Assembly (NCBI GenBank): GCA_002269645.1
Contig: NIVC01002718.1
Coordinates: 82,995-146,994 of the forward strand
Reading direction: 5' to 3'
DNA from: Macrostomum lignano
Taxonomy: Eukaryota
Length of the DNA stretch: 64,000 bases
Positions 49,421 to 62,712 of the stretch are shown here, piece after piece. How positions within the stretch are numbered: the first letter of the stretch is position 1; every line of letters starts with the position of its first letter. Position numbers and translations under genes: made by a program. The notes under the pieces are model-generated. The model did not search any database. It was not told the DNA's origin and saw only the letters and a list, made by a program, of their open reading frames with translations.

Positions 49421-52062
49421 AAAGTGTTGTAGAGTATATTTTTAAATTATGTTGCTTTATAGCACTGAGATCACATTGGATACCTAATTAGGAATAATAC
49501 CTAGATAATGGGATCTTTACTATCCCAGAAAATAAATGTTTTAGAGAAAATGAGATCTCTAATTAGGGATTATTACCTAGATAATGAGATCTCTAATAAG
49601 AGATTAATACAATACTAAGACTATAGATTAATATCTAGTTTTAACTTATTTCAATACTATAGAATTTCTGCTACTTAGGAAACCTTTTATTATATAGGCC
49701 TCATGTTATTAAAATTCATTATTCAATAAATAATTTGGAAACCAATGAAATATGACTTATATACTATTAAGGTCATATGTGCGCAACCTGGCCAATCTAG
49801 CCACTATAAATTGTGGTGGACTAGGGGTAAGTCACAAAAATTCCTACCTAAAAGAATAAACATAGTAATAATTAGATGGCAAGGCATTTAGCCTTAATAA
49901 GCCAGTCACAGTTACACCTTCTATTTACTCAAAATTGAGTTATTTTTTTGCAATAGGGTTTCTTTCATAGACAAGTTGCATTTTTGGTCAAAAAGTAAGT
50001 CCTATGGCTAGTATAAATCAGGGATATGGCATATGTATGATTAAGGTGATAATTAAAAGTTTTGGAGCAAAGTTAACAACTTGTGTTTTAGTAGATTTAA
50101 ATCATTAGTTTGGTTAGGAAAATATATTATGTTTCTCTTAATAAAAATAGTTATAATTAGTACAAAATAAGCAAAATATTTAAACAATATAAAATCTTTA
50201 TATCATTATAAAACAAGAGCCCGTTTACTTTTAGACCATAAAGTCAGATCATTTAATTTTAGAAAATAAATTATAAAAAATATAGTTTTGTAGATTTGTG
50301 CTATATTTCTTAAATTTAAAACCAAAAGGTAAAATCATAAATTTCTTATATACAAACAAAAAATAGAAAAAATTAGATACCAACAAACCATTTTTAGTAT
50401 ATTTAGATATTATTATCAATAAGCATTAGAAATGTTTCAAAACAGTTTTTGGAGTTTCTAAGTGCAGATTACAATTTAAAAAAAAATTAGAAATCAAAAT
50501 TTCAAAAAAGTCTAGTTCTAGCATCTTTTTAATTTTATATTTTTAAAGAATTTTATTGTTGTCTAATAAAATTATTTACAAGACAATTTTTCAAAAGTAT
50601 TTAGATTTGGTAAAACTATTTTGTAGTATTTTTTGGAATTGTAAATTAATATAATTTTATTATAATAAACAATTATATTCATATATCTTCATGAAAAAAT
50701 TATAAACATAATAAAATTATACTAGGCCTAACTCATTAAAAACCCAAAGCAAAATTTTATAAATAGACTACAAAAAACAACCTAAATTTGTGAATATTTA
50801 ACCTTCCTTGTTAATATGTTGATTATTTTTGTTTAAGTAATATGCACAAGTATCAAAGCCTAAGAATTCAAGAAAATTAATAACCATATCAAAATAGCCT
50901 AACTTAATAAGATATCTATAGGCCTATTCTATCTAAGAAACTATATATAAAGTAAGACATAAAGTTGGCTTTTAGTTAAAGTTGCTCGCTTAGCAAGTAA
51001 GATCAATAGGATTATAAGAAAGCAAAAATCAACATTAGCCTAAATCAAGTTATTGATCAATGTTCATTTGACTCCAAACTGCAGATACTTGAAGCACTGT
51101 ACATTAAAGTGCATTCCCCCCAACTTGAACACTCAACTCCAATACAATAATATAGGGTCACATGTTTTCCGTGTGTTCTAAGGGAAGAGGTACTAGATGT
51201 ACATTATTTACTTCTAACTATATCGCTAGGCCTATCATTCCATCCCTGGATTTTGCCTCTTGTCTTTTGGACCAACAAACATGTACTTTAAATATTTATT
51301 GAATTTATACCCTAAAATTTTGTATTTATTTACTGCCAATCTTAGGCCACTCGTTTCTTTTGCTCAAAAATAGGCCTAAACCTAAAGATGCACAGTATTA
51401 TGCGAAATGCATCATTCAATTAAATTTATTTAATGTTAAAGTTTGCTTTTAGATTGAGTTGTGCCTTTATTTCTATTATCAATGCTTAGTAATTCAATAA
51501 TTCTTCATTAGCATTTATTTTAGGCCTAGTATAATAGATTAGGCCTACATTTGATTTAGGTAAGGTAGCTATTACTTAGCTATTACCCCTCATCAGCAGC
51601 AGGGGGTTGGCCTAACCTAATCTTGTCCTGCAAGTTGCAATTGCAACTCGTTCTCTTAGCAAAGCAAAGTGAGAGAACCTGTCAGAATGTGGGAAACTAG
51701 GATTAGGCCTATGCTAAAATTGCCTATCACTCATAGGCCTATACTGAGGACTTGGAAGGTGCTAGGAATTGCATATAAGAGGGATATTTTAGGGCTTAAT
51801 TTTGAGCTGATCTGATTTGGGCTTATTTAGCCCAACCCAACCCAAGAAATTGGGCCAATCTGCCCCCTACTTTAGTTTAAAATTCCTAGATCCACATCCG
51901 CCACTGGCTTGTTTGGAAACAAAAAAGAACTAACTTTTGATATTATTAATCATAATGGAAGCATTAGAGAAACATCATTGGTGTTGCTTAAGGCAGAGGT
52001 TGGCGAAGCATTAATTAGGCTTATTAAATGGTAATATGGTGATTAAAATTCCTCTATTATAC

Positions 52063-52441
52063 GGGTCTCCCTAAAACACGCCCCGCACCGCCCTGCAGCG
52101 CTACACATTAAAACAAATTGGACTATAACTGAAGACACTTCAAAATGCGTTTTCTGTTAAGCTTCAAAGTTTTATTAAATTAAGTTTGTTTACTATGAAA
52201 TATGAAATTCGGTGAAAAATAAGTGATATTATTAATAATTTTAATAAAAAATTAATAATATAATTTTATAATGAAAACGAGAATATAAAAAATAATAACA
52301 ATATTTATAATAATAATTAAAGATATTTATTCCATTACTCGTACAACAAATAGTTTTCTTTGCAATCAAATACTGCATTGACAAAAAATGTTATAATGTG
52401 TAGCGGTTCGGGGCGGTGCGGTGCGTGTTTTAGGGAGACCC
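52063..52441. mobile_element. MITE with 52-bp TIRs and 9-bp TSD (Mutator/MULE-like, or Merlin)
   Basis: TIRs 52063-52114 and 52390-52441 match at 47 of 52 positions and start GGGTCTCCCTAAAA. CTATTATAC is duplicated exactly at 52054-52062 and 52442-52450. Confidence 0.88.
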
Positions 52442-55400
52442 CTATTATACTGTTTTGAAGTTTCAAAGAAAACGAATTTAAAAAATCAAACTTGCGCGAG
52501 AAAATGAGATTGGTTCGTTTTACCTTGCGAACTTTCTTCAACCATATAAATTTTGTTTACTCTAGACGGAAATTCTAACTATAGGAGCGAGCTATAGGGA
52601 GAAAAGCGACTGTTGTCAATAACACTGAAAACGAAAAAATTAAAGCGATTTTTTGTTGCAGAAAGTAGTGTTCCCAGGGAGATCAGAAGTGGGAGTCTGG
52701 TGTTCCTGGACTTGGCTCTTCTGAAGGATACTCAAGGACTACTAGACGAAGTGTTCCTAGTGGTCCTTAAGGATACTATAAATAAGTCGCCCCGGCCATC
52801 ATTCTCGACTCCCCACATGACTTGAGCTACGTTATTTGCAGTGATGATTTTCCAGTTAGTAAGATGACAATTCTTTGTGGAAGTTTTGAGCTGGGGTTCT
52901 GAATGGTTAAAGAAATCTGATAAGTTTAATTGCAATCGGGCAATTCAATGCTTATTTTCATTCGCAACAGGCATTCCGCCATTCCGTCAGGGAAATCTGT
53001 GTGTCCTGTCCTGCAGCGTCTGCTATCCGACGTGGTGGAACTACTGGACCGCCTAAAATCTAAAACGGCTTGCTGAGACGTGCGTCTGCTGCATGGTTTG
53101 GGTAGACATGCAGAAACTGAACTATGCAGCGTATATCTTCCACTAGTAGTAGCAGCTGAATAAGTAGAGTCTGGACGGAGTTGCATGCAGAAGAGAATGC
53201 GACTCAGGCCCGGTGTTGCCAGATTTCATCTAGTCGTATTCATGATGGACGCGCCAAAGTTATTTATGGTGTCAAGTGCTTTAATGCGCTGTCCACGGGT
53301 GCGACAAATGTTAAATCAGCAGAACCTATACATGTACATGTAGCCAGCAGCCTCAGATGCTGTGTCTTGAGTGCCACTATATAAAAGTAACACCTTGCGC
53401 GTGTAGGCGCAGATTGGAAAGACGACAACATTCGGTGTGAAGCCAGCGCGGCAATTCTACTACTTTGGTATTAGTAGAATAAGTTCCCAGCTGAAGTTGT
53501 TAGGTTTGATTTCGTTGTTGAGCTCTAGTAAAAGATCCCCATATTTTTATAGCGATCCCAATTGTATATACTGCACCAGTTGTGCAAGGGCCCTGTCAAG
53601 TGGGGGCGCACTCACGCAGCTGCCAAAGACTAGAGACTAACATTCCAGTGGTCCTTGCATGTAACTGTTCGGCTCACCCAAGCCGGGTTGGAGTGCAGGT
53701 TCGTGACTATGTGCTGTCATTTAGTCGTACCCGATTTATTTGCAATACTAGGAAAACCACCGCCGATAAAATGCAGTCAACCCGGATTAACGAAGATCTT
53801 TTCAACTAGTCGACGCTCTGAATGTTTCGATCCGCATCCGAGGGGCACGGTACAGAGACCGCCATGGGGGGGGGGCTTGCGTGACCTTGGTCATCACATT
53901 GGGGGCCAAGAGCTGAAGCCTGGTTGCTTAATTGTAACGGTCCAATGGTGCTCCCCGACGTTCCACGTGAGACGTACGCACAGTATTTTAACTTTCTGTC
54001 GTCGTCTTTCTTCTGGCTGCCAACGTCGCGCCATTAGATGAAGTGGAGCGCACACAAACCAAATTGCGACACTACGCGCACCGTCTTGAACCGTTGTACT
54101 GGAGGTAGGCTCTGACGTACAATGTGCTCACACCTGCTCACGACCTGCTCACAAAGTCGTTGACAGGCCGGTAGAAAGGCTGCGTGGCTGAGAAGCCGCT
54201 GGACGTATGATACACTTGTACAATCCTTTTTATTACAGATCGTGAGGGGCAATGTATCACTTTCCTGGGTGCAGTTGGCTTTTAGACGCTTGCAAAGCGA
54301 GCTCATAAAAGACAACAAGCGTGCAAACGATCGCAACGCGCCGACGAGCAACCAGGTAGACCTATTCATGATAGACTTAACTGTTATCGCTTTGATCAAC
54401 TATAGCCCATGGCCCATTTCCGTGAAGCTGATAACAACAATTGCACGCATGTAATTAGTTGGCATTTAGCTAACACGCTACGGGCAGACCAGCCCGTTTT
54501 ACGCCCTTCATCATGTCGAATAGGGTGTTCTTGCATGGAACCCGCGTAGACAATTACCCTCAGTCAACTCCGTCGTTTTAGAGTCGCAGACAATAAAACA
54601 GCGACTCTTTGAGGACTTCTTCCCGACTTGTACTGCGACATCTCGTCGTTATTAAAGTTGTATTAGAGTCCTATTTTCCAATTTTACCTTTTGTCATCCG
54701 CAACGACTCTGAAGCGACTCTGGAGCGACGCAAAATGACACTGGTACGCTTCTTGGCCTTTGGCACCGTTTTTATCGGTTTAACTGCAGTTACTAATGCA
54801 GATATTTTTCAAAACCTGCAGGCCCCTCCTTTTTATATTCGCCCCAAAACAACTAAAATACTGTCTTGCGTTTTTGACAAATCGCTGTGACACTTGTTGC
54901 TTTATCAAAGACTGTGTATTAAAGTCCAAGAAGAACGCAGAGGCCGTCTTTAAAGCGAGTACGTCTGTCTAAAACACAGATCCTAAAATTGTGGTCTGTG
55001 GTCTAAAGGCCGGATTGATTTCATATGGTGTCTCAACTATAGACATAAAATTGAGTTATTTTTAACACGAGTAATTGGACCAATGCATGTTTATGAAACC
55101 AAAATCGTTGACCGTAAGATCCCGATAATCTAAACGGCTGACGCGCGCAAACTTGTTAAGGAGGAGACCAACAACCGTAATTGTTATACTGACCTCGTCC
55201 GCTTGCCAAGATACCACGATTCACAAATACCATAGGTGTTTTAAAACGGTTTAGTTTTTTGAAAGTGGAATAACGGTGGCTATAAATACTACTAAGAGCA
55301 ATACCAAGGAAGTAGAAGAACGAAACAATTTTAAAGAGATGGGGAAAGAACCCGTCACAACTTGTTGTCTGTCAGCTGTAAAGCTAAAATTTTTAAATTA

Positions 55401-55719
55401 ACCCTTGTTAAATTATCTATTAATGTACAATTATAATTTTCTTTAACATTCTCATTTCTTGACCACAATGTTAGTTACACCTTAAAAGTATCAAATTAAT
55501 AAATTAGAAAATAATTAATTGACAGTCGTGCACTCTTTTCCATTTTTTTAATTTTATTGTTGCAAAAGCAAAATTCAAAGCAAATACCATTTCAGTCAAT
55601 CAATTCAAGCATGGGTGTTCACCGTTCACAGCACACATAGCTAACACACGTAGTGTAGTGTTGGATCCAGTACATAATTCTTCTACTCGTACTAAAAGTA
55701 GGGCCTGTTGTATATGATA

Positions 55720-58700
55720 CAATAGGCAGATACAAGAGGCAGAAGGCCCAGAAGAGGTCATGATTCATTTGGCGTTAGTCGCTGGCATGCACTGTCCCAC
55801 AACACAGCAAAAGGTTCTAGAAGCTATGCAGATCAAGGAGCTGGCGGTCGAGGAAATCGTAGATTTTGTTGCCCAGATCAAGCAAGTGAAATAGTTCGTG
55901 TCCAAACAAGCCTCCATGCCGTTCACGACCTCCCCACCAAAGGAAACTGTTCCGGAGATTCACCATGGCTCTTTGGCTACAAAGAACAACTTTACCACTC
56001 GCAAGATTGGACCACGCACGGGACAGTGTGGTTACTGCGGCCAAGTCCATGTTGCTGGAAAGTGCCCAGCGTTTGGAAAAACCTGCAGCAAATGCTCAAA
56101 ACCAAACCCCTTTGCATCGGTATGTCGATCCTCCCGACCACGCCAGCTCCACAACGTCGAGGAGCTCTCAAACGCAGACACGCCGCAACCAGATACCACG
56201 TCCCTTCTTCACCTTAGGGACGCGGACACGATTCACGCTATCGACTCGACACTGGAAAACATAGTAATCAATGGTGCTCAAATCCCAATGCAAGTAGACA
56301 CCGGTGCTGCGGTGAGCGTCATTTCAAGCACTCTCTGGGAGTCACTCTGCCGCCCGGCCCTCCAGAGGTGTCATCGCCGTCTTCAAACCTACGATGGCCA
56401 CATGCTTAAAGTCCTCGGCAAGTTATAAACCGCCATTGAGCTTCGCGGCAAGTTTCACCCTGCTGAACTGATCGTTGTACAGGCCTCTAAGGCATTCGGT
56501 CTGTTAGGCTGTGACTTATTGGACTCAGCGCAAGTCCACAGCACATGCTCCACTAGCATCGGTAACAGCGTGGATGCCCTACCCGTGATTAAAGGCATCA
56601 AGGCCAAAATGGAGACCATCGCTGGTGCCAATCCGAGGTTTTGCCGTGCGCGTCCCGTGCCTGTCGCCCTGGAATCCTCCATCAACGCTGAATTGGACAG
56701 GCTGCAGCAGTTGGGCGTGATAGAACCAGTTGACGGCCCGGTGAGCAATGCTTCTCCTGTCGTCTGGGTCAAAAAGAAAGATGGAACCCTAAGGATGTGC
56801 GCTGACTACAGCGTTTACGTCAACGCAAAGATCAAGTCAGAGGACCATCCCATCCCTAGCGTGGAGCACCTATTTTCCAAACTAAAAAACGCCAAGAAGT
56901 TTGCCAAAGTAGACCTGAGGTCGGCCTACTGGCAGATCGAATTGGACGAGGCTGCTCAGGATCTCTCAATAATTAACACATCCAAAGGATTATTTCGCGT
57001 GAAAAGACTTCAGATGGGGATGAAGAATGCATCTTTTATTTTTGAGCGCGCGATGGAAAGTATTCTGTCAGACCTAAAGGGCGTTCTCATCTACCAAGAC
57101 GACGTATTAGTTTTCGCCGAAAACAGTGATTCACTACAGAAAAGACTTCGTGCTGTGAAGACTAGGCTGGCAGAAAAGCATGTCACCATCAACGAAAGCA
57201 AATGCATCGAGGCGACTGATGAAATATCATTTCTGGGATTTAAAATTTCTGCTGCTGGCATCCAACCCGATGATCGATTGGTTGAGAAAATCCGCAGCAT
57301 CGCACAACCCAAAGACAAGAAGGAGCTGGAACGATTCGTTGGTCTAATAAACTTCTTCGGAAGGCTAGTACCCAACTTCTCTGGAAAGATTCAGCCGCTA
57401 AATCGACTGAGCAGAGCGGACGCCGACTTTCAATGGACAGCTGAGTGTGACCGAGCCTTCAGACAACTCAAGACGGAGATTGCCTCTCAACCCATAGTCC
57501 AGCCATACTCATTAGAAAAGGAACTCACTCTTACCACAGATGCCTCCAAGGGAGCGCTTGCAGGAGTGGTCACGCAGGATGGCCATCCTGTGATCTATAT
57601 TTCTCGGTGTCTTTCCACTGCGGAACAAAACTATTCGAACATAGAGCGAGAAGCCCTTGCCGTTTTTTGGGCAGTCAGCCGGCTGAAGCACTATTTACTG
57701 GGCCGCCACTTCACAATACAGACGGATCATAAGCCTCTCGAACAGCTCTTCGGCCAGTCTCGCGGGTGCCGCTGAACACCTCCGCTCGCATTAGCAGATG
57801 GGCACTCGCGATGATGCACCTTGACTACACCATACGCTATATACCAGGAGAGAAGATTCCACATGCCGACGCGCTTTCTCGTCTACGCTTCACTGACTTA
57901 TCTAACGATTCTAACGATTCGGCGGAAGTCTGCGAAGCCATTGATTGCGTTGCCTTCGAGCCGTCTGTCATTTCCAGGTACCGGGTTGCCGCAGAGCTAG
58001 AGTTGGATGAGCTCATAAAAAAGTGATGCACCGAATTCGCTCGGGAAACTGGGCTGGCTGTTCTCAGGCTGAGAAACCATTCCAGGCCGTATCGCAATGC
58101 CTAACTATCGAGGACGGCTTACTGTTCAAGGGTTGCCAGGTCTACATTCCGCCAAGACTGCGGAAAGAAGCTTTTCGTGCAGCGCATGGCACTCACTCTG
58201 GGTCTCTGGCGACACTCAACTTCATTAGCTTGTCCTGCTGGTGGCCTGGAATGCGCGCTGACATCAAGCGATTTGTCAGCCAGTGTGATGTATGCAACAG
58301 GCTGCGGCCCAGATTGGGGAAGACCAGAGACACCTGGCCATCGACTGAATACCCGTTTCAAAAGCTTCACGTTGACTGGGCGTACGTAAAGAATGTTGGA
58401 AACATCCTGATAGCAGTCGACTCTCACTCTGGTTGGATCGAGGCCTTTCCCTGTAAAGATCGATCCACAGATCAGATCATTAAATGCCTCAGAACTGTTT
58501 TCACACGCTTTGGCGTGCCTGAACTTTTAGTTTCGGACAATGCTCCGGAGTTCGTCAGCGATTCACTGAGGAGCTGGCTGCACCAAAATGGCATAAAGAA
58601 GATGGAATCCCCAACTTATTATCCCCAGGCCAATGGATCGGCTGAGCGAGCAGTCCAGACAGTCAAACGAGCTCTGCGGGCCTGGAACGAACGAACCTCC

Positions 58701-59488
58701 CAAGCTGAATTTGTTCCCTATCTACAGCGATTGCTGTTTCATCACCGAAACTCATCCACGAGTAGGGGCAAGACGCCAGCTGAGATTGTTTTCGGACGCC
58801 AACTACGCGCTCCTGTAGTCTCCACGCTCAACCAAGGCGAGCACGTTCTGTATCAGCCAACTTCGGACGTTCCACCCTCCACTGTCGAATACGGGATGAA
58901 CCGAGGCCGCAACACAGCCTTCGTGTTGGACGGGAGCGAACTGCGTTTGGCAAGCGACAACCAACTCGCTCCACTGCCACACGACGATGAAGAATCAATA
59001 GCAGGAGATCCCGCAGACACGGAGGCAGGGAACGCCAGCGACAATTCGACCCAAGGCGCGCAAGTACAAGAAGCAGGTGGAATTCGCCGTAGCACCCGGA
59101 TGCGTCGCCAACCAGACCGCTACTCCTCATGACTGCTAAAAAACCGCATTAGCTACACATTACGAACCAAAATGAAACCTGACACGCTGAATTTGAATTA
59201 GTTATCTGTTAAGTTCCTAACATAAAGTTTACATTGTTCGGAAACATAGTTCAACTCTTTCCTTCTGGAGGGACACATGACATACGCTCGTGCAATAGTC
59301 TATGGCCGCTGCGCCCAAATGCCGCCTCCCTCATCCCTTCCTAATATATAAGTGTTTATAAATTAATCTTGTTCGTAATCTTGTTACAAGCCACGCTATC
59401 ATTAATGTGGTCCTAAAGCCAAATAAACAAGCAAAGCAAGATACGAGCTTCGTTATTCAAGCACTAGAGTTGCCATCTGAGCATCACA
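55720..59488 (+). mobile_element. 5'-truncated Ty3/Gypsy LTR retrotransposon (gag-PR-RT-RH-INT, PPT, 3' LTR), inactivated
   Basis: CCHC knuckles CGYCGQVH…C and protease VDTGAAVSVI. RT has YQDD; RNase H has TDAS…NYSNIEREALA…TDHKPL; integrase has HHCC and DDE regions to 59132. In-frame stops at 55892 and 56426, frameshifts near 57766 and 58023. PPT GGAGGGACACA is followed by a putative LTR TG(59278)…CA(59488). No 5' LTR seen. Confidence 0.92.
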
Positions 59489-60444
59489 GATACCTTGATT
59501 AAGTATAGGCCTAGTAAACTACCAGTACTACATGTAGTCCTAAGCCATATAAGAATGTCACTAATCAGGTTTAGGTCTAGTCTAGTATATTGTAAATTGT
59601 GTATGCCTAGCTAATTTTGTAGTCCAGTACATCCGTTACCTGTGAAGCATTGTTGAAGAGTTATATTAAATACGCTCATAAAGTTAAATAAGGATGAACA
59701 GGCTCAAATAGAGGTGAATACGGACAATAAATAATGAAATAGCATTAATCAAGACTCTATTACGAGCGTATGAATGCCAAATCCCGGCATCTCGGGATTA
59801 GCAGAAAATTTCAAAAAAATTCTCTATCTAAAGTTTAAATTACATTCCGCAACGTTGCACAGTACGCTTATCTTATTGAAGCAGATTTTATTGCTGCAGA
59901 AAGCTTGCCCCAGTTACAGCGAAAATTGCGAAATGGATCTATGAGCAATTAAACAAATAATTTATTGATATTAGCTTAGAGCTATTATGCATAAATTTAA
60001 AGCGATTCTTTCCGGAACCTTTAAAAATAATCGCTACGATATCTGGTGATTTATTTTAATAAATAATACTTATTATTTTTTTGATGCCACTGAGCTTGCA
60101 ATTTTTAGTGGATTAGTATACCTGCGTACGAGTAATATGTGGAATTCGCTGTCGAGACTGTATTGTGCAATGAAATTTAAGCATGAAGTCCGCGTACTTG
60201 ACGATTTCTATTGACCAAAAAGACCTTACTGACGGCAAAAATAAACTGCACACAGACAGATGAAGATCATTAGCAACATCGGGACAGGATTACGCCAGGA
60301 ACACATACTGTCTCTTGGTTAAAGCAATTTGTGCAGATTCTCGAGAGCTATAATAATAGCTTCTGTGCCCAGTAATCAAATCCAATGCGGTTTTCAATTA
60401 ACATAAAATTTACAGGTGTTTTCTATATTAGTGAGTGTCCTTGA

Positions 60445-60621
<177 letters not shown>

Positions 60622-60749
60622 TAGAGATAGGGGGGTAGAGAGGCCTGGGGACTTGGCTTTAAGTGACAAGATCCAAGACAGGAAGTAACCAACCTGTGCA
60701 CCTCTAAAAACAAAATATGGTGAAAGAGGCCAGTGAGGATTAAAAGAGG

Positions 60750-61063
60750 AGAGAAGAGCCATAAAAAAACCAAAAAAGAGAGAAAAAGAGCAATAAAAAC
60801 GCCATCAACCTGAAGCTGCCTGAAGAAAAGAACCCCGGACCAAGGAGCGAAACCCAGAAGAAAGCCAGATCAGAAAGAAGGAAGAGGAAAGGCAATGAAA
60901 AACGAAAAGCAAGAACAAAAACGAGACTTATAACAGCAAGAAGGAAATGGCAAGAGGAGAAAGTAAAAATTGAGACATGGAATGCCCAAAGAGCGAACAT
61001 CGGAGCCGGACGTTTCGGACAAATGGTTAAGTTCGCACTGGAACGCTACACTTCACTGAACTG
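60750..61063 (+). mobile_element. Possible 5' fragment of an APE-endonuclease LINE
   Basis: Basic open frame ending EKVKIETWNAQR…, which resembles the I-x-TWN start of APE domains. It is truncated where Gypsy gag sequence begins. Confidence 0.35.
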
Positions 61064-61076
61064 AACACCGCGTCAA

Positions 61077-62712
61077 ATGGAATCAGAAGATACCACCACA
61101 AAAATCACCGGCTGCAGTTCAGAGCAGCTTCGCCGCAAGCTGCTAGCGATCGACAATGTCGACCTGGAGCAGGCGCTTCGGGTGTCCAAAGCAATGGAAA
61201 CAGCAGAGACTCAGGCAAGCCACATGGAATCTAACGAGGCGGCGGTACAGCGACTTTGGCTTCGAGACACTGGTGCAGCGGCCTCATCGGCAGAGCGCCT
61301 AGTCAAGGGACCAGCCAGGTAAGCAAGCCACGTGCATCAGATGCGGAGTCCCGGGCATCGCAAATGCAACGCAGCAGAGGTAAGACGTGCGAGCGCTGCG
61401 GCAAGCGAACTCACCTGGCGAGGGCCTGTCTCTCCCGGCCGTTGGAAGCCGTCCGTGCCCTGCAGGCCGACAGCGAACAGCTCAGAGCCGGAGGACAGCA
61501 TCTTCTGTCTGACCGTGGCGGCCACCATGACGGCTACAGCCGGCGTCCGCACAACAGTGCTCGTCGACTCAACGCAGCTGGAAGTCCTGGTCGACAGCGG
61601 GGCCGATTGCAATATCTTGACAGAGAGAGCCTGGTGGAAACTTCCGCGACCCCCGCCGCTGCAGACAACTCGCACAAAGGTATTCGCCTTCCGCTCTTCA
61701 GAACCACTCAGCATCCTGGGAGCCTGCAGCCTGCAGGTGACAACCGGCCAGGACAGCCAGGAGGTTCGCTTCATGGTCGTCCCCGGCGACGGCGTCAACA
61801 TCCTGGGACGAGAGACATCGACCTCACTCCGCCTTCTGAGATTGGGGCCTCAGGTTCGCGCGATTGCAGCAGCCGAGACGGAGAACGCAGAGACCCTGGC
61901 TGGCCAAGCGATTTCCGGAGCTCTTCAAAGGCCTCGGCAAGGTCAAGGGTTTTAGTTCAGATTGGTACGAGCTCGTATCAAGCCCGACGCTAGGCCCGTC
62001 TGTCATCCGCCCTCTCGAATATACCAGTACATCTCAGGGAGGCGCTGGACCGCGAGCTGGACGAGCAAGAGCGCATGCAGATCATCCAGCCAGTAGAAGG
62101 CCCCACGCCATGGGTCAGTCGCATCGTCGTGGTACCGAAAGAGGACGGGAAGACCTTGAGGATCATCCAGGATCTGCGAGACGTTAACAAGGCGTCCCTG
62201 AGGCAGCGACACCAAATCCCGACTTTTGAAGAAGCTACCAGTGACATGACGGGGTCGACAATCTTCACCAAGCTCGATATCTTCAAGGCGTTTCATCAAA
62301 TTGAGATCAGTGAGGACAGCCGCAAGTACTTGGTCTTCTCAATGCCCCGAGGGATGCGTCAGCTGACACGCCTGAGCATGGGATTCGCCTCCGCCTTGCA
62401 GATCCTGCAGCGTGTCATGCAGCAAGTGCTGGAAGGCCTCACTGGTGTTAAGTGGATCCACGACGACATCATCATCCAGTCAGGGCCCTGAAGTTCACCA
62501 AGAACACGTGGCAGCCTGCCTGACCAGACTGCGTGACAATGGCATCACCCTGAATACCAGCAAGTGCCACTGGGGCATCGGCAAGGCCAAGTTCATGGCT
62601 ATGACGCTCTCCAAGTTCGGCATCCAGCCATCAGAAGAGAAAATCGCGGAGCTGCAAGCATTCAAGGATCCACAGTCTGCCAAGGAAGTCCGGTCGTTCC
62701 TCGGCCTGGCCA
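61077..62712 (+). mobile_element. Decayed Ty3/Gypsy fragment (gag-PR-RT), frameshifted
   Basis: gag GCSSEQLRRKLL; knuckle CERCGKRTHLARAC; protease LVDSGADCNIL; RT WVSRIVVVPK…DLRDVNKA…FTKLDIFKAFHQI…IHDDIII. It is cut off by a LINE 3' end at about 62713. Confidence 0.88.

Noticed and set aside
55770-55790. TGGCGTTAG as a primer-binding site
   Set aside because: It lies inside the gag reading frame (HLALVAGM), and no LTR precedes it.
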